64,000 nucleotides of DNA, from assembly GCA_043228905.1 (NCBI GenBank), contig JBHGNT010000012.1:20150001-20214000 (forward strand). Direction: 5' to 3'. Made by a program: the position numbers and the translations under genes. Shown one piece after another: positions 12,400 through 24,805 of the stretch. The DNA comes from Azolla caroliniana (Eukaryota; Plantae; Polypodiophyta). Each line of letters begins with the position of its first letter. Position 1 is the first letter of the stretch. The notes under the pieces are model-generated. The model saw only the letters and a list, made by a program, of their open reading frames with translations. It had not been told where the DNA came from and did not search any database.

Positions 12400-14820
12400 A
12401 GGAATGTTAAGTGGAATACATCCGTTCAATAATTTCCACAATAATGTCTTAATTGTTGTCCCCCCCAATGTGCTATATATACCCTCATACTCAATGAAAT
12501 ATTGAACATTAAGTTTCCGTGGTTGTGAGTTTGAACAATAGCTATCCATAATTGTGAGTCTAGATACATGTCTTGCAACAATGAAAAACTATGAACCATC
12601 ATATGCATAGATAAATCCAATATTGCAACTCATGTGATTCCCATCGTATCCATCTTTCTCTACAACAAATATCGGATAGATTTGCAAAATCAAAATGCAA
12701 AGCTTTCTTTGTCCATATTAGCAATGGCAAGCAATATAATTTCATCGATTCCATAATTCATTGTACAACCTTTAGTCATACATAAAATGACCAAGATTGT
12801 GACTTCCAATATGTGAACTTATCTCTTAACTTGGTAACCATTCATTCACTCAATTGGCCATTCGTACATTCATTCCCAATTGATACCCAATTGTCAAACA
12901 ATAGAGCCTACCCTAACCGTGAATCCTTGCCATCCTAGACACCCCAAATCCCTCTTAGTACATGAGATGAGGTGACACTTCCTCCAATGAATATGCAATC
13001 TAGATGCCAATGCAAATTCCCTTCTCAAGATTATCATCTAAGGCTCAAAGAAACATGAAAGAATTGTTTGGTAAAGTCCACTACCAATTGCCCCCCAAGT
13101 GGAAGATGAAGACCTACAATGTCAACATTAGTTGTGTGACTTGATAACATCACCAATGGATGAGTAACAATAGCAAACAACAATGGGCTAAGTGGAAATC
13201 CTTGATAAACAAATCTTATGAGGGAAATATCAAATGTACCTCCACCATTTAGCATTACTTAGGACATCATATCTTATCCTAATAAAAACATGAGGTGAGA
13301 CATACGTGGTCCAAAGCCCATTGTATGCATACCATGGAAACAAAGAACCAAATGATCTTAAGCTCTCTCCAAATCTAATTGCACCATAATCATTTCTTGA
13401 TGAGCATGTCTTGCATAATCCATGGCTATTTGAACATTGAACACATTATTGGATATATTCCTACTTGTAATGAAATCATATTGTGTGTGGTTCATCAACT
13501 TTGGGAAATACTTTTAAATCTATTTGCCAAGACCTTTGCTGATATCGTATACAACCCGCCATCAATTGGTGAAAGGACTCCTGTGATGCCATCTTCAAAA
13601 ATAATTTAATGAGACCAACCTTCCACATTTGAAGCATACAACTAGAATCTTGGCAATGTTAAAACATCAAAGTTAAAGGCCCAAAAAGCTTCATTTATCT
13701 AGCCATCCCAACCAAAGCTCTTACCACTAGGAGGGTGCTTTAACATCCAAAAGTTCCACACAAGAATGTCTTTCAATTTCTTCATATAGGATTTCACCCC
13801 ATATCTACTATCAAGCATGAACGCATTACACATATTCCAATTGTGTTGCAGTCCCCAATATCATAAAATTTGGAACATGAGAAAAAACCCATTGTTGAGG
13901 CCTCAAATATACGAATTAAAACTTGTCAAATGTTTGATAAGTACTTCCAAATCATATGTGTTAATAGGGCATTTAATGAACCTCTATGCATTGTCCTACA
14001 ACGGAATGGTGCAAAAGCATGTATGTGACCCTAGTCCTAACCTCTTTAAGGTTGAACCTAATGGGAGCCCATCAATCATGACTCTCCATATGAATACCCT
14101 TGCACAAAATGACAAACCCTTGCAATATATGCCACCACCTTGCATTTGACTTACATACATTCAACACCAAGATAATGATGCAATTGCATGATGATACAAT
14201 ATATTTGTAATGAACTGTAACTAACTTTAATCGCCAATCCACCCAAGGTGCAACATTTCTTTTCATTGGCAAATATCCATACAACATTTATCTTGTAATT
14301 TCTCCCAAATAAATCCATAATTTGGGGGAATACATAACCATCATTTGGTATCTTCAAAATCTGACAACCTTTGAGATTCATCATCAACCACATCTCCCGG
14401 GTCTACAACCCCCAATTGAAATAAACAATAGAATTGAGATCCCCGCTTCTCTTTTCCATGCCAATGCAACAATCAAGAAGAAAAGAGCAATTCATTTTGT
14501 AATGAATTACAAAATTCTTGATCACTTTATGGTGCCCACTCGAAAAAAGATAATGCATCTTGCCATGACCTTACCAATTGTTGCTCGTACATAATGTTGA
14601 ATCTTTAAAGAATACATCTATTGATCAATGGCCACCACAATGCTTGAATCTTTGTTTTCGCAGGCACCAATCATTCATGCTCAATAAAATATTGGATCAT
14701 AGATATCCATGGTTGATATTGTCGACACATATATCATAATAATGCAAATCTACAAGCCATCAAATGCATTTCCAAATCCAACCACATCACCTAACCATTT
14801 GGGTGTAGCCAAATGATCCC
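12400..14820 (-). mobile_element. Heavily degraded L1-type LINE remnant
   Basis: RT motif QGFPLSPLLFAIVTHPL at 13034-13255; many stops; boundaries approximate. Confidence 0.6.
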
Positions 14821-14879
<59 letters not shown>

Positions 14880-16325
14880 CAAAGAGTCCTGCTTTCTAAC
14901 GCAAACGAATTTGCTCCAACACGATGTTAATGGAAAGGAACTTTGTTATCACTTCATTGTTGATAACATGCACCAAGCTCAAAGAACCTCCAAAACTCCT
15001 TACTGACCGTCAAATCAGCAAAAGAATTCGGTGTTTTCTACCATATGAGATGTTAGTAAGGTAGTTAAAGCCCCCAAGAATCATGGTCTTCTAAGACGCA
15101 CATGTAGGATCTTCTCACCTACAAGAATCATGATCTTTGATAACCACAAAGAAGTAAAATTTGGTAATTAGGAATGAAGCCAACAAAAACAAAATCCATC
15201 TTCAGCCTATATAGATGTCAAAGAAGCTATAAAAAAATAGAGGTGATGCACTATAGGAAATCAATAGAACCTCTTCCTATTTATCGCATCATCTTCAATA
15301 AACTATAAATGACCTCTCCAATGAGGGATGTTGGATTTAATAAAGTCAAACATTGCATGCAGCAACTGAATGGCATCATTGTTGGTATAAAGCTAATACC
15401 GTAAGTGGTCTTGTGCCTTATGCATGTTACATTGCTTGATATATCAATTAGAAATATGAAAAGCTAATCACTTCCATTTGAGCATTCCCAATTATAAATG
15501 GAATTCATAAAAAAGCCAATTTGCATTTGATATACTACGACATTTCCAAGCTTACTCCAAATTCTAGCAATTTTATTTGTCTTCACACTGAACTCTGAAA
15601 TTTGCCTATTTCTAGAAAGCTACCATAGCATTCTACTTTGTGTTAAACATGCTTACTACACAATCTGAATTCCTCAAGGTGGATTGATTGGATGTTCCAA
15701 CAGTAAACATTTGTGAGCAAATCAAACATTTAATAAATTTCTAACCCAAAAAACTAACTGGTTTCCCTGACCTGTGTGATATTGATGTGCTATTAACAAG
15801 GTAAGCATTTGTGTCAAGATACAAGTTTGATTGATGTTTATAATGTTCCAGAACAGACTTCGCGGCTTGTCCAGGACAGACTTCGTACACATTCACCTCA
15901 TTTCTTCTAGATCATGTGCATCATCATCATGTAAAACAATCAAATCAGTGTGACGACATTGAACAAAAAAATTAAATATTTACGATACAAATGGAAACAC
16001 TTGACAACCACCAACTTTCATGTAGACTACCAAATTCTATATATTCATATTCTTTAGTACAATATTTGGTTCTACAATGAACTTTCATGTCCATTCAACC
16101 AATTTCTTCATGCATCATTACATCAATATTAAGCTGTACTATCCCCTGTTTCATCTCCTCAGTCGTAGGAGTAAGATCCAAATCCCTGGTCATATCATTG
16201 ACATATATAAATGAAGTATTAAGCACAACCAAATTAACAAAAAAATCCATGTCTTCATCATTAGAGACTATATCTTTAAATAAATAGACCTTTGTGAAGA
16301 CGGATTGGTGATTGATCCTTTTGGC

Positions 16326-16721
16326 GATGAAATTCACGCAAATGAGAATGTCTTCTCTTAAACTCCAATTAGAAAGATTCCAGCAAAATCAACTGGTAAA
16401 AAGAGATACACCTAAATTCAAATGAGAAAGTCAATTTCTCTTCATTGATTATGGAGCAAAAAATGCAGAGTCCTTGACATCGAAACATACATGTGAACGA
16501 TGGCAGTATATTTATTCCTGACAGATGAAATTCACGCAAATGAGAATGTCTTCTCTTAAACTCCAATTAGAAAGATTCCAGCAAAATCAACTGGTAAAAA
16601 GAGATACACCTAAATTCAAATGAGAAAGTCAATTTCTCTTCATTGATTATGGAGCAAAAAATGCAGAGTCCTTGACATCGAAACATACATGTGAACGATG
16701 GCAGTATATTTATTCCTGACA
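16326..16721. repeat. Exact-looking 198-bp tandem duplication
   Basis: GATGAAATTCACGCAAATGAG...TATTCCTGACA starts at 16326 and again at 16524. Confidence 0.9.
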
Positions 16722-17279
16722 GATGATTGATTTTGTCCATGTAAATAAAATGGTGCTTTTTTCACCCTCAGCTACTTCAGTTGTGAATGAGGTTTACAAC
16801 TTCAGAATATGTCATTTTCAGCTCTTTTTGAAATGTATATGGGAGGCCTCAAATACATCATATATATGTTTCTGTACTGAATTGACCAACTCAGCACTGA
16901 AAAAGACAAATAAAAATAATTACCCACTTCAATGAGAACTTTCCATTCACAGCTTCCAAAGAGATCCCCAAAGCAATGATTACATCCTCTCTGGTCAAAA
17001 CTTGAGAATCCATTGGGTAGAGTAGCGAATCTTCACTAGGCAATTTGCTTTCTGTGTGTTACAGATACCCAGAAACATTCATAGGCAATTTGCTTTCTGT
17101 GTGTGCATACATGATGGCTGCTGTTATCATATCCATAGTGAGTTAATTGTTTGTGCCTCTTTCACAAACTTTTTTCGCACCTTGTGAGAGATTGGTAAAT
17201 CGGATTTTTTGGAGAGATTGTAAAGCTACGGAAGACTCAGAGGTTGCTAGGCTCAGCCATGATTTGTTCTATGGATAAA

Positions 17280-17557
17280 CCAACTCACCGCAACTCAAGA
17301 CTCGATCACGTATAGAGCACAGGGTCTACCCATTGGGTATATTGCCATCAAACTCATTCCAACTCAAGATTTGATTTGAACAGAGCACAAAATTCCACCA
17401 AAGTGGGGTACATTGGTCCTCAAACACATCCCAGATTAGACTTGATTGTATAGAGTCCAAAGGTCCACGCAATACCGTATATTGGTCATCAAACTCATCC
17501 CAGGTCAGACTTGATTGTATACAGCACAAAGATCCACTCGATAGGGCACCCTGTCAT
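17280..17557 (-). repeat. Four diverged ~69-bp tandem repeats directly after the CPL1 stop codon
   Basis: Recurring TCAAACTCATCCCAG..AGACTTGATTGTATA..GCACAAAG.TCCAC on the + strand. Confidence 0.75.
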
Positions 17558-20133
17558 CTAAAAGCGTCTCGGAGAAAGGTCACGAGGTGATGGTGGCGGC
17601 CGCTGTAACCCCCGTGGAACCTCACCTGATCTCATACGTTTGTTCGATTGAAGAGGTGGAGACCTGAAAAAACAATGAAGATGCTTTGTTATTTTTTATC
17701 ACCAAAAAATGCCAGGGCAGGTGTCAAATGGAAAGCTCTTCAATGTTATTTTTGTAAAGATAAGCAAGAAAGAATATAGTGGTGGTTCAAAAGTGCACCT
17801 TGGTGAATTCATCCTTTTTTGAGGTCCTCGTGCTTGAGATGTCACCTGAAGAGACCATAGTGCTTCCTCCGCTGCCTGTCCAATAAATAAATAAAAATTT
17901 ATTAGAAAGTAGAGCTTTATATGAAAAAGTACAAAAGGCCTTATCAGAATTGTCATGTGGTGTAAGAAAATCAATTGGCCATCAACACTATTTGCTTTTA
18001 AAGTATGCATTTTTACATATATATTCTTTACTTCCTGGTTATAAGTGGACATATAACGACTGATTCTGATTGAACAGAAAATTGGAAACCTGGCCTTGTG
18101 TCATACCTTATGTTTGGCTTCTTCCCAAGAACTTCCAATACCCTTCCCCATCACTCGACCTGCAACTTCAACCTATCACCAAACTACGTTTAGAACTAGT
18201 TTTATAATTTCGTGTAGTCCATCTTGAAATTCCTAATTTTAGAGGAGGCACTTCAAGTTACCTGACAAACATGTCCTTGTTCTGAACCAGACAAACCTGA
18301 ATTAAAGATGACATTCATTCCCCCCATCGTACACTGCACAAAAAAAGGTGGATTCCCATTTTGAACTATATGTACTTTCTCTAATACATCTTTGAAGACG
18401 TTAATATATCTTTCTTTCTAAAGTTCAAGTTTCCAAAAGGCTAACGAAAACCATTCTTACATAATCTTTCAAATCTGTAATAGGATTCTGCACTCTGTTT
18501 TCTTCAGTGAAAGGCACATACTTTGTATGCCCTGAGACACTAGACACAAATGGCATGGCTTCATCACCAATGGGATGCCCCAATCCTGTCAAAAAACGAG
18601 GATCCCTTGTATTCCACCTGGGTGCACATTCATCATTTGAATAGGAACCCATTAGTTTTCCATGACCAAGTACATTTATAGCTTGTGTTGGATGGGATAT
18701 GAACTGGCCTACAGAAAGAGAGAGAGAGATATATTAGTGTCTCTAAAAGACCGTGATGGCCTATGACACCTCATAAAGATTTACAAGCACTTTTGTTAAA
18801 TCATAAGCAGCAACAAGAGAAAAATGTGTTCATGATTACACGTATCCTTGAGTAATTATGAGAGAAAAGCAAACAATTTGATTTTAGAACTTGTGCGCAT
18901 AATGAAGAAAATAGTAAATGAAAATACTTACTAGCCATAAATCGCAGAGAACTATCAGCTGCCTTATGTTGGGCCTCTTTCTTTGTCTTTCCAATGCCTT
19001 CTCCTACCTTATCACCACCAAAAAGAACCTACAGTTTTCCACAATTTCCAAAAAACAGATTATCCACGTAATATATGGACTTCAGGAGTGTAAATGATAG
19101 TACAAAGAATATGTATAATACCTCTACAGCAAACTGAAGCTCTTTTGTTGTATTTAATAATGATTTGAACTCCAACTGATAAACCAAAGTTAAGAAATCT
19201 TAAAATTAAAACGCATTGAGACATGGACATGCTTGATTGTATGGCAATGAGATGACAGTCTACCTTTGTGTTACACTTCTGAGCAATCTCCTGTAAGACA
19301 GCTACAGGAGTTGACATGTTTGATCCAACATTTTGCCTCATCTGAAGAACTCGTTGATTCATAACTGAAGAACTGTCACTTTCTGCAAACATCACAGCTT
19401 ATTATTATAACTACAGAAAACACACAATATATTATGCAAGTTGAAATCGTGAAAATATATAACCTGAATACAACTGACCCATAAATGTGGTATCAGGTCT
19501 TTGTTTCTCATCTCGAGGGTACACCTATTTCAATGAGAAGAAATTTAATAACCACTCTGGGGAAAAAAACTACCATGTAAAATCATCTATACAAGTTTCA
19601 TGGGGTCATAAATATATACTTGGGAAATTCCATCATGACCCACAAACTCTGAACTGCCATAGAACGGGGGACTATGAGACTGTTGCTTTGCAAAAGATGG
19701 CGATTCTGGCTCTAATACCATTCCAGATGAGGTTCTTGACACTTGCCTAGGGCTCATCTCTTCCTCAGCTCCAAGCCAACCACCAGCAGGTGCCGGTGCT
19801 GGTACTGTTACATGCAAAATTGGCTTCAATGGAACTGTTGAAGGCCCATGAGATGTATCTATATATTGTGGTGTCTCTTGTCCATGTTGCAGAATCAGTA
19901 ATCTTCTTCGTGTGTCAGGATCAAGCTCGGAATCTGGAACCTCTCCTTCTTCTCGTATAGGGGAGCCTTGTCGGGAATGTTCAAAATGATGGGATGCCGG
20001 TGGTGTGGGAGGTATCACTGTCAGCATCTCACTTGGGAAACGGGACAGTTCTTGTTTTTCAACAGCAGGTGGTGTGAGGGGTCTCATTGTGGTCAATAGC
20101 ATAGGAGAAGGAAATACACCTGTGGGGACAAAA

Positions 20134-20167
<34 letters not shown>

Positions 20168-21460
20168 TAGGTGGATGCAGTACAGGTCTCTGTCCTTCGC
20201 CTTCACTTCCAGCCACAACACTTGGTAGAAGTGTAGAGCTGCTTGACATTCCCTGTATATGTACATAGTATAAAATGCACACAAAGGTTATGATAAAGGT
20301 AAATCACATGAATAAATAAAATCAAGATCATACACACTGTTTTTAAAGTTTCTCACAGCCAATTCCATTATATATAGCATAAAATTCATGTAAAGATGGC
20401 GATAATAAATGTCATAAGTTGAATCATATCTTTCATTTATTGTTTTCTTACTACTGTCTCATCAGACAAATTTAGCTTTCAGATACGTTACTTTTCTCCT
20501 GCAGTTTGAACTAATATATGATTCAAATTCTAATTATCTTCGATGACCCAATATGATAGGAATCAATTATCTGTATTTAAATTCACATGAAAAAAATTAA
20601 CAAAACCTCTGCTAGTTTTTTCCCAACTTCAACATCTGTCATGCCATCTAGAAACACCTTCTTTTCATTGGTAGCATCAGCAGCAAACCCATTGTCTTCC
20701 TGAAACAAGGTAAATTTTATTATATAAGATGCTAATATACAACATCAATGATAATATCTAGCAAAAAAATCAAGATACCAAATTCGCAAACTATTATGCA
20801 TTGTGTATCTACAAAGGATAAAGAGTCTAAATGTTCCAGTATGTCAATCATTGGAGAACAATTAGCTGCTGTGATGCATTACATACTAGATCAATGTTTC
20901 CAGAGGCATAAGGAATGACTACTAAATATCCCCATCCATGTAACTGCTAGCTAAGGGTGGAAGTAGACTCATAAAGACAACCAAGAAACTCAGTTTCTAC
21001 TCATTTCATAGAATGATGTGAATACGAGTGGCTTTTTAAGTCCTGATTAACTGGTCCGTTTTAGGAGGGAGATCCATTTTCATTGTCATTTAATAAAAAT
21101 TGCTCACTCATCTGTAACCATCTAAGCTCCCACTAAACTAGATGTCTAGCATATATGTATATATAGGGAGACAAAGAGAGGGAGAAAGAAAGATATATTA
21201 ACGTCATTTATGAGGTCAAAATGGCCTATAAGACCAAACAAGAGATTACATCTTAAGTGTTGTCTTGTCTTTGAGAATAACAAATATAAAAAAATAAGTA
21301 AATAATACTTTGTAAATATAAAAGTATATAAGATAAAAAGAGACGAGGGAATCTGGTTTTCGGCACATGTGAGATTCTCAAGTTAGATATATTGTAGCTT
21401 TTGTCTTCGAAAGATCTCTAGCATAGGTCGATCCAGAATGGAGATGTCTCCAAAGCGAGG

Positions 21461-21500
<40 letters not shown>

Positions 21501-24500
21501 CTTTGCACCTCTACTATCATATAATTACTGACTATTGGTGGTTGTGGCAAAGTAGAAATTTCTGCATCAAAATCCACATCATCCATCTTCTTTAATAGTA
21601 CTTCATCAAGATCCCTGCAATTTTCTCATAAGAAATAGCAAGTTACTTAATCTAGAAAAAAGGTATTCCAATTTGTACAAAAACAGCCAAAATACTAAAG
21701 TTAAATATCAGTAATATATATAAGAACCAGTCCAATCTCTTGAGGACATGCTCCCTGTCAAGGACTAATGACACCTTAGTCAATGCCTCTTAGGTGCCAA
21801 TCCCCTTGACAGTTGACTGTAAACACATCTTAAATTGGTTGAAAAATAATTTCATAGGTGTTAATCCCCTTGACAGTAGATATATTTTCAAGTGACTGTA
21901 AGACACATCTTAAATTGGTTGCAAAATAACTTCATAAGACAAGAATATTCTGGGCTTGCAAACTTACGCTATAAGTGTGTATAAATAACACTGATCACAG
22001 ACTAATCACAGTGCTTAGTCAACACCTCCTGGTGGGGACAGGGAACCATATAGTGCAATCACCCACAGATCTCCTAATATACTGTACAATCACAAGTGTA
22101 ATGCTCCTTGGTCTCAGGATCTGTCTTGCAGAGAATGGTTGAGTTATCGTGGCTCACACATGAGGCTACGTGAAAGTGGGTGCTCCATAGAAAACTGTTC
22201 TTAATGCTACTATAGGAGGCGCTACCAGCTGTATATAGAATATATTTGAGGCCAAGTATGAACATTACTTCCCACACCACAAACACAAGAAATTTGACTG
22301 GAATAAGTTCAAGCTCTCACATGAGGAAGAAAAACGAAAAATCCCAAGAGGGGAACAATCCAATTTGGTCACTATATGTAGCTAATATTAGGAACTAGAA
22401 CAGTCTTGTATTGCATGTTATTGGCCAAGCTGCCGAAGTTGCAGCCAAACCCGTTGACAATATGAGACCCATGGAAAGTCTGTCTATGTGTACATAAAGG
22501 GAAGTGGAAATCTACACTTCGTGAGAAGTCATCTCTAAGAAATGGATATGGATATCTTTTATTGCTGGGCTCATGCACAGGATGAACTAGTTATTATGGC
22601 ATCTCTATTCAGACAACCAGCATTGCAGAGCAGGTGAAGTTACGTAAATCAGCATTCAAAATTAACCCATGTTAACAAGGTGATATCCAGATCAGCCACA
22701 AAGAACTGACCTACTCAATCACATATCGGAAAACAGTCTAACCTGAAAAATCCACCCCGTACATTGCAAGCTACGTTCCTAGCAACACAAAGGATTGGGA
22801 CAGGAGTGCTTGTCTGAAATGAAGAAACCAAGCCATGTCATCATGCAAGCTCATTTCTGAACCTTGTAATGATAAAATCAGCTTAAAACATACCTCGGCC
22901 TGTGGCGCATAATAAGGTGCAAAAGCTGGTACAACATGTACTTGGGGCTGATCTTGGTCTTCCCAAACTTTAAGCCGATCATCGATAACCATAGCCATTT
23001 TTGGATGGCAGTTCCCACTAGAGAACATACTAGTTAAAGATTTCTTTGAGCCTGATGAGTTAAACATTATGCACATATTGAAATTCAAAGTAAAAAAACC
23101 AATGTTCAACCACAAAATGAAGATCTTTGTCCCAACTTACCTGACTTCACACAGACTACTCGATCTATCATCTCCTTTCTATTTATTAGTTCAGCATCTG
23201 GATCAAGCAATCGCCACATCTCTAGTGCATATTCTTTTTCAGACATTGTACACACAAAAACTTCAAATCGCTTGCGACCTTTGGCAGTCAAATACTTTCG
23301 AAGCTCTTCCCAAGCTGGACGCAGTTTTACCACTACACTCGTATCCCGGATCTACACCATTGCATATGTTACATAGAATTACAGAAGTGGATCATTATTT
23401 CAACATCTTATGATAGAATAATTAAAGTGTGCCAGTACTTGAAGAAAATTCTGAAGAAAGGTTTGTTTCACGCACATTAGGGTTGATGCGTGTAAAGATC
23501 ATGTCACGGTCTTGCAATCTAACTACAGGACGTTTAAGGGGAAGACCTCCTTCGGTGGAAGATGGAACCACTTCCACATTGGCAGTCACAAATTTTTCTC
23601 CAATATTGTCCCACACACGATCCTCTTCTATGTACTGCTTGAGCATTTCCCGATCTTGCATGTACCGCTTCAGTTCAGAAGACATCCCTGAAACTTTCTG
23701 TGGCTCTGATTCTATTTTGAGTTTAGACCTAAGAGCATCGATACGATCTTCATAGGATCGCATCGTATTTGCAACGATCAGAGTCTCGTCTAGATCAAAA
23801 ACAAGAGCTAAGCACCTCAAGTTGAGCATGGTCAGGCAAGTATTGTACAATCCAGATGTAATCACAAAACCCCAGAAGTAAGGCTTTGACTTTCTTATCA
23901 CATTCATCGCCACTAAATGAAGCTCCATTCCACCTGGCATATAAATAACAGCAGTCTGAAAAACAAAAGTCAACAAATAAGTTTGATACAAATGATGAAA
24001 TTATATATTAGCTAGAAAAGGAAAGTAATCAGGTGGAAAATGTGATTTGTACTTTCATGACTCTGACGCACCCAAATGCACATAACCTATCTAAATTAGT
24101 TCGGTTTAAAGTGAGATACTTAAATGCAAGTCTCATCAATATTAGGACCTGATGCATATGTCTATGAGCTATGATTGGCTTGACATTTGAAGTTTCTTTC
24201 CACAAATACCAGAAAATGCCCATTTACTACTGGTATGTCAACTGTTCTCGTTTATCAATGTCAAATTGGTTCCGGTTCTCGCTATTTACTTAAGCCACAG
24301 TCTCAAGCCAATGGATATTAGGCTACTTCTAATACACAAAAATAACCCAAAACAACCGTTCTTATAGAGAATAACATCATAGTAAGGATCTTCAAATAAA
24401 CAAGAAAAATATGTGAAGATTCATGTACATCCACAGTATTCATGAGTCACTCCGCCAGCACCACATCAAGAGTTAGAAAAATCAAAGTAGCTGAATAGTT

Positions 24501-24805
24501 TAGTGTTTGTTGGAGGATAATAATGTTACCTTTAATTCCTTCAGGCATGCAGAATGCACCACCTCAACTTCCCTCGACTCAGTGGAAGATTCGAGAGGTT
24601 CTATCTTGAACACCATATCATCACTTGCAACTGTACGGAGAACTACCAATGGGGAACAACGATCACTTGCGATTGAGAATGATGAGATCCTGAGATCTTC
24701 ACCAGATACAAAAGGTATCCGGTTGCTTTGTGGAGAGATTGACACATCGCAGATGAATTTATCATCATTGTGTAGCCTAGCTACAACCCCATCCTTCTGT
24801 CCCAT
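17558..24805 (-). CDS. CPL1: RNA polymerase II CTD phosphatase-like 1 (FCP-type HAD phosphatase plus two dsRNA-binding motifs), about 16 exons
   Basis: [12 protein letters not shown] (DxDxT) motif, [48 protein letters not shown]; dsRBD exons [16 protein letters not shown] and [20 protein letters not shown]; exons include 24805-24530, 23955-23476, 23351-23141, 23051-22894, 22813-22743, 21614-21509, 20699-20607, 20252-19620; stop at 17558-17560. Confidence 0.85.
18712..18790 (-). mobile_element. LINE 3'-end remnant (same tail motif as the 6861-11742 element) abutting a CPL1 3' splice site
   Basis: Reverse complement GTCATAGGCCATCACGGTCTTTTAGAGACACTAATATATCTCTCTCTCTCTTTCTGTAG resembles the tail CTCATGGGCCAAATTTGGCCTTAGAAGACGTTAATATTTCTTTC. 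Confidence 0.65.
21176..21498 (-). mobile_element. 5'-truncated LINE 3' end in a CPL1 intron, flanked by (TC)n
   Basis: Reverse complement ends ..TATAGGCCATTTTGACCTCATAAATGACGTTAATATATCTTTCTTTCTCCCTCTC; (GA)n run at 21465-21498 on the other side. Confidence 0.7.
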
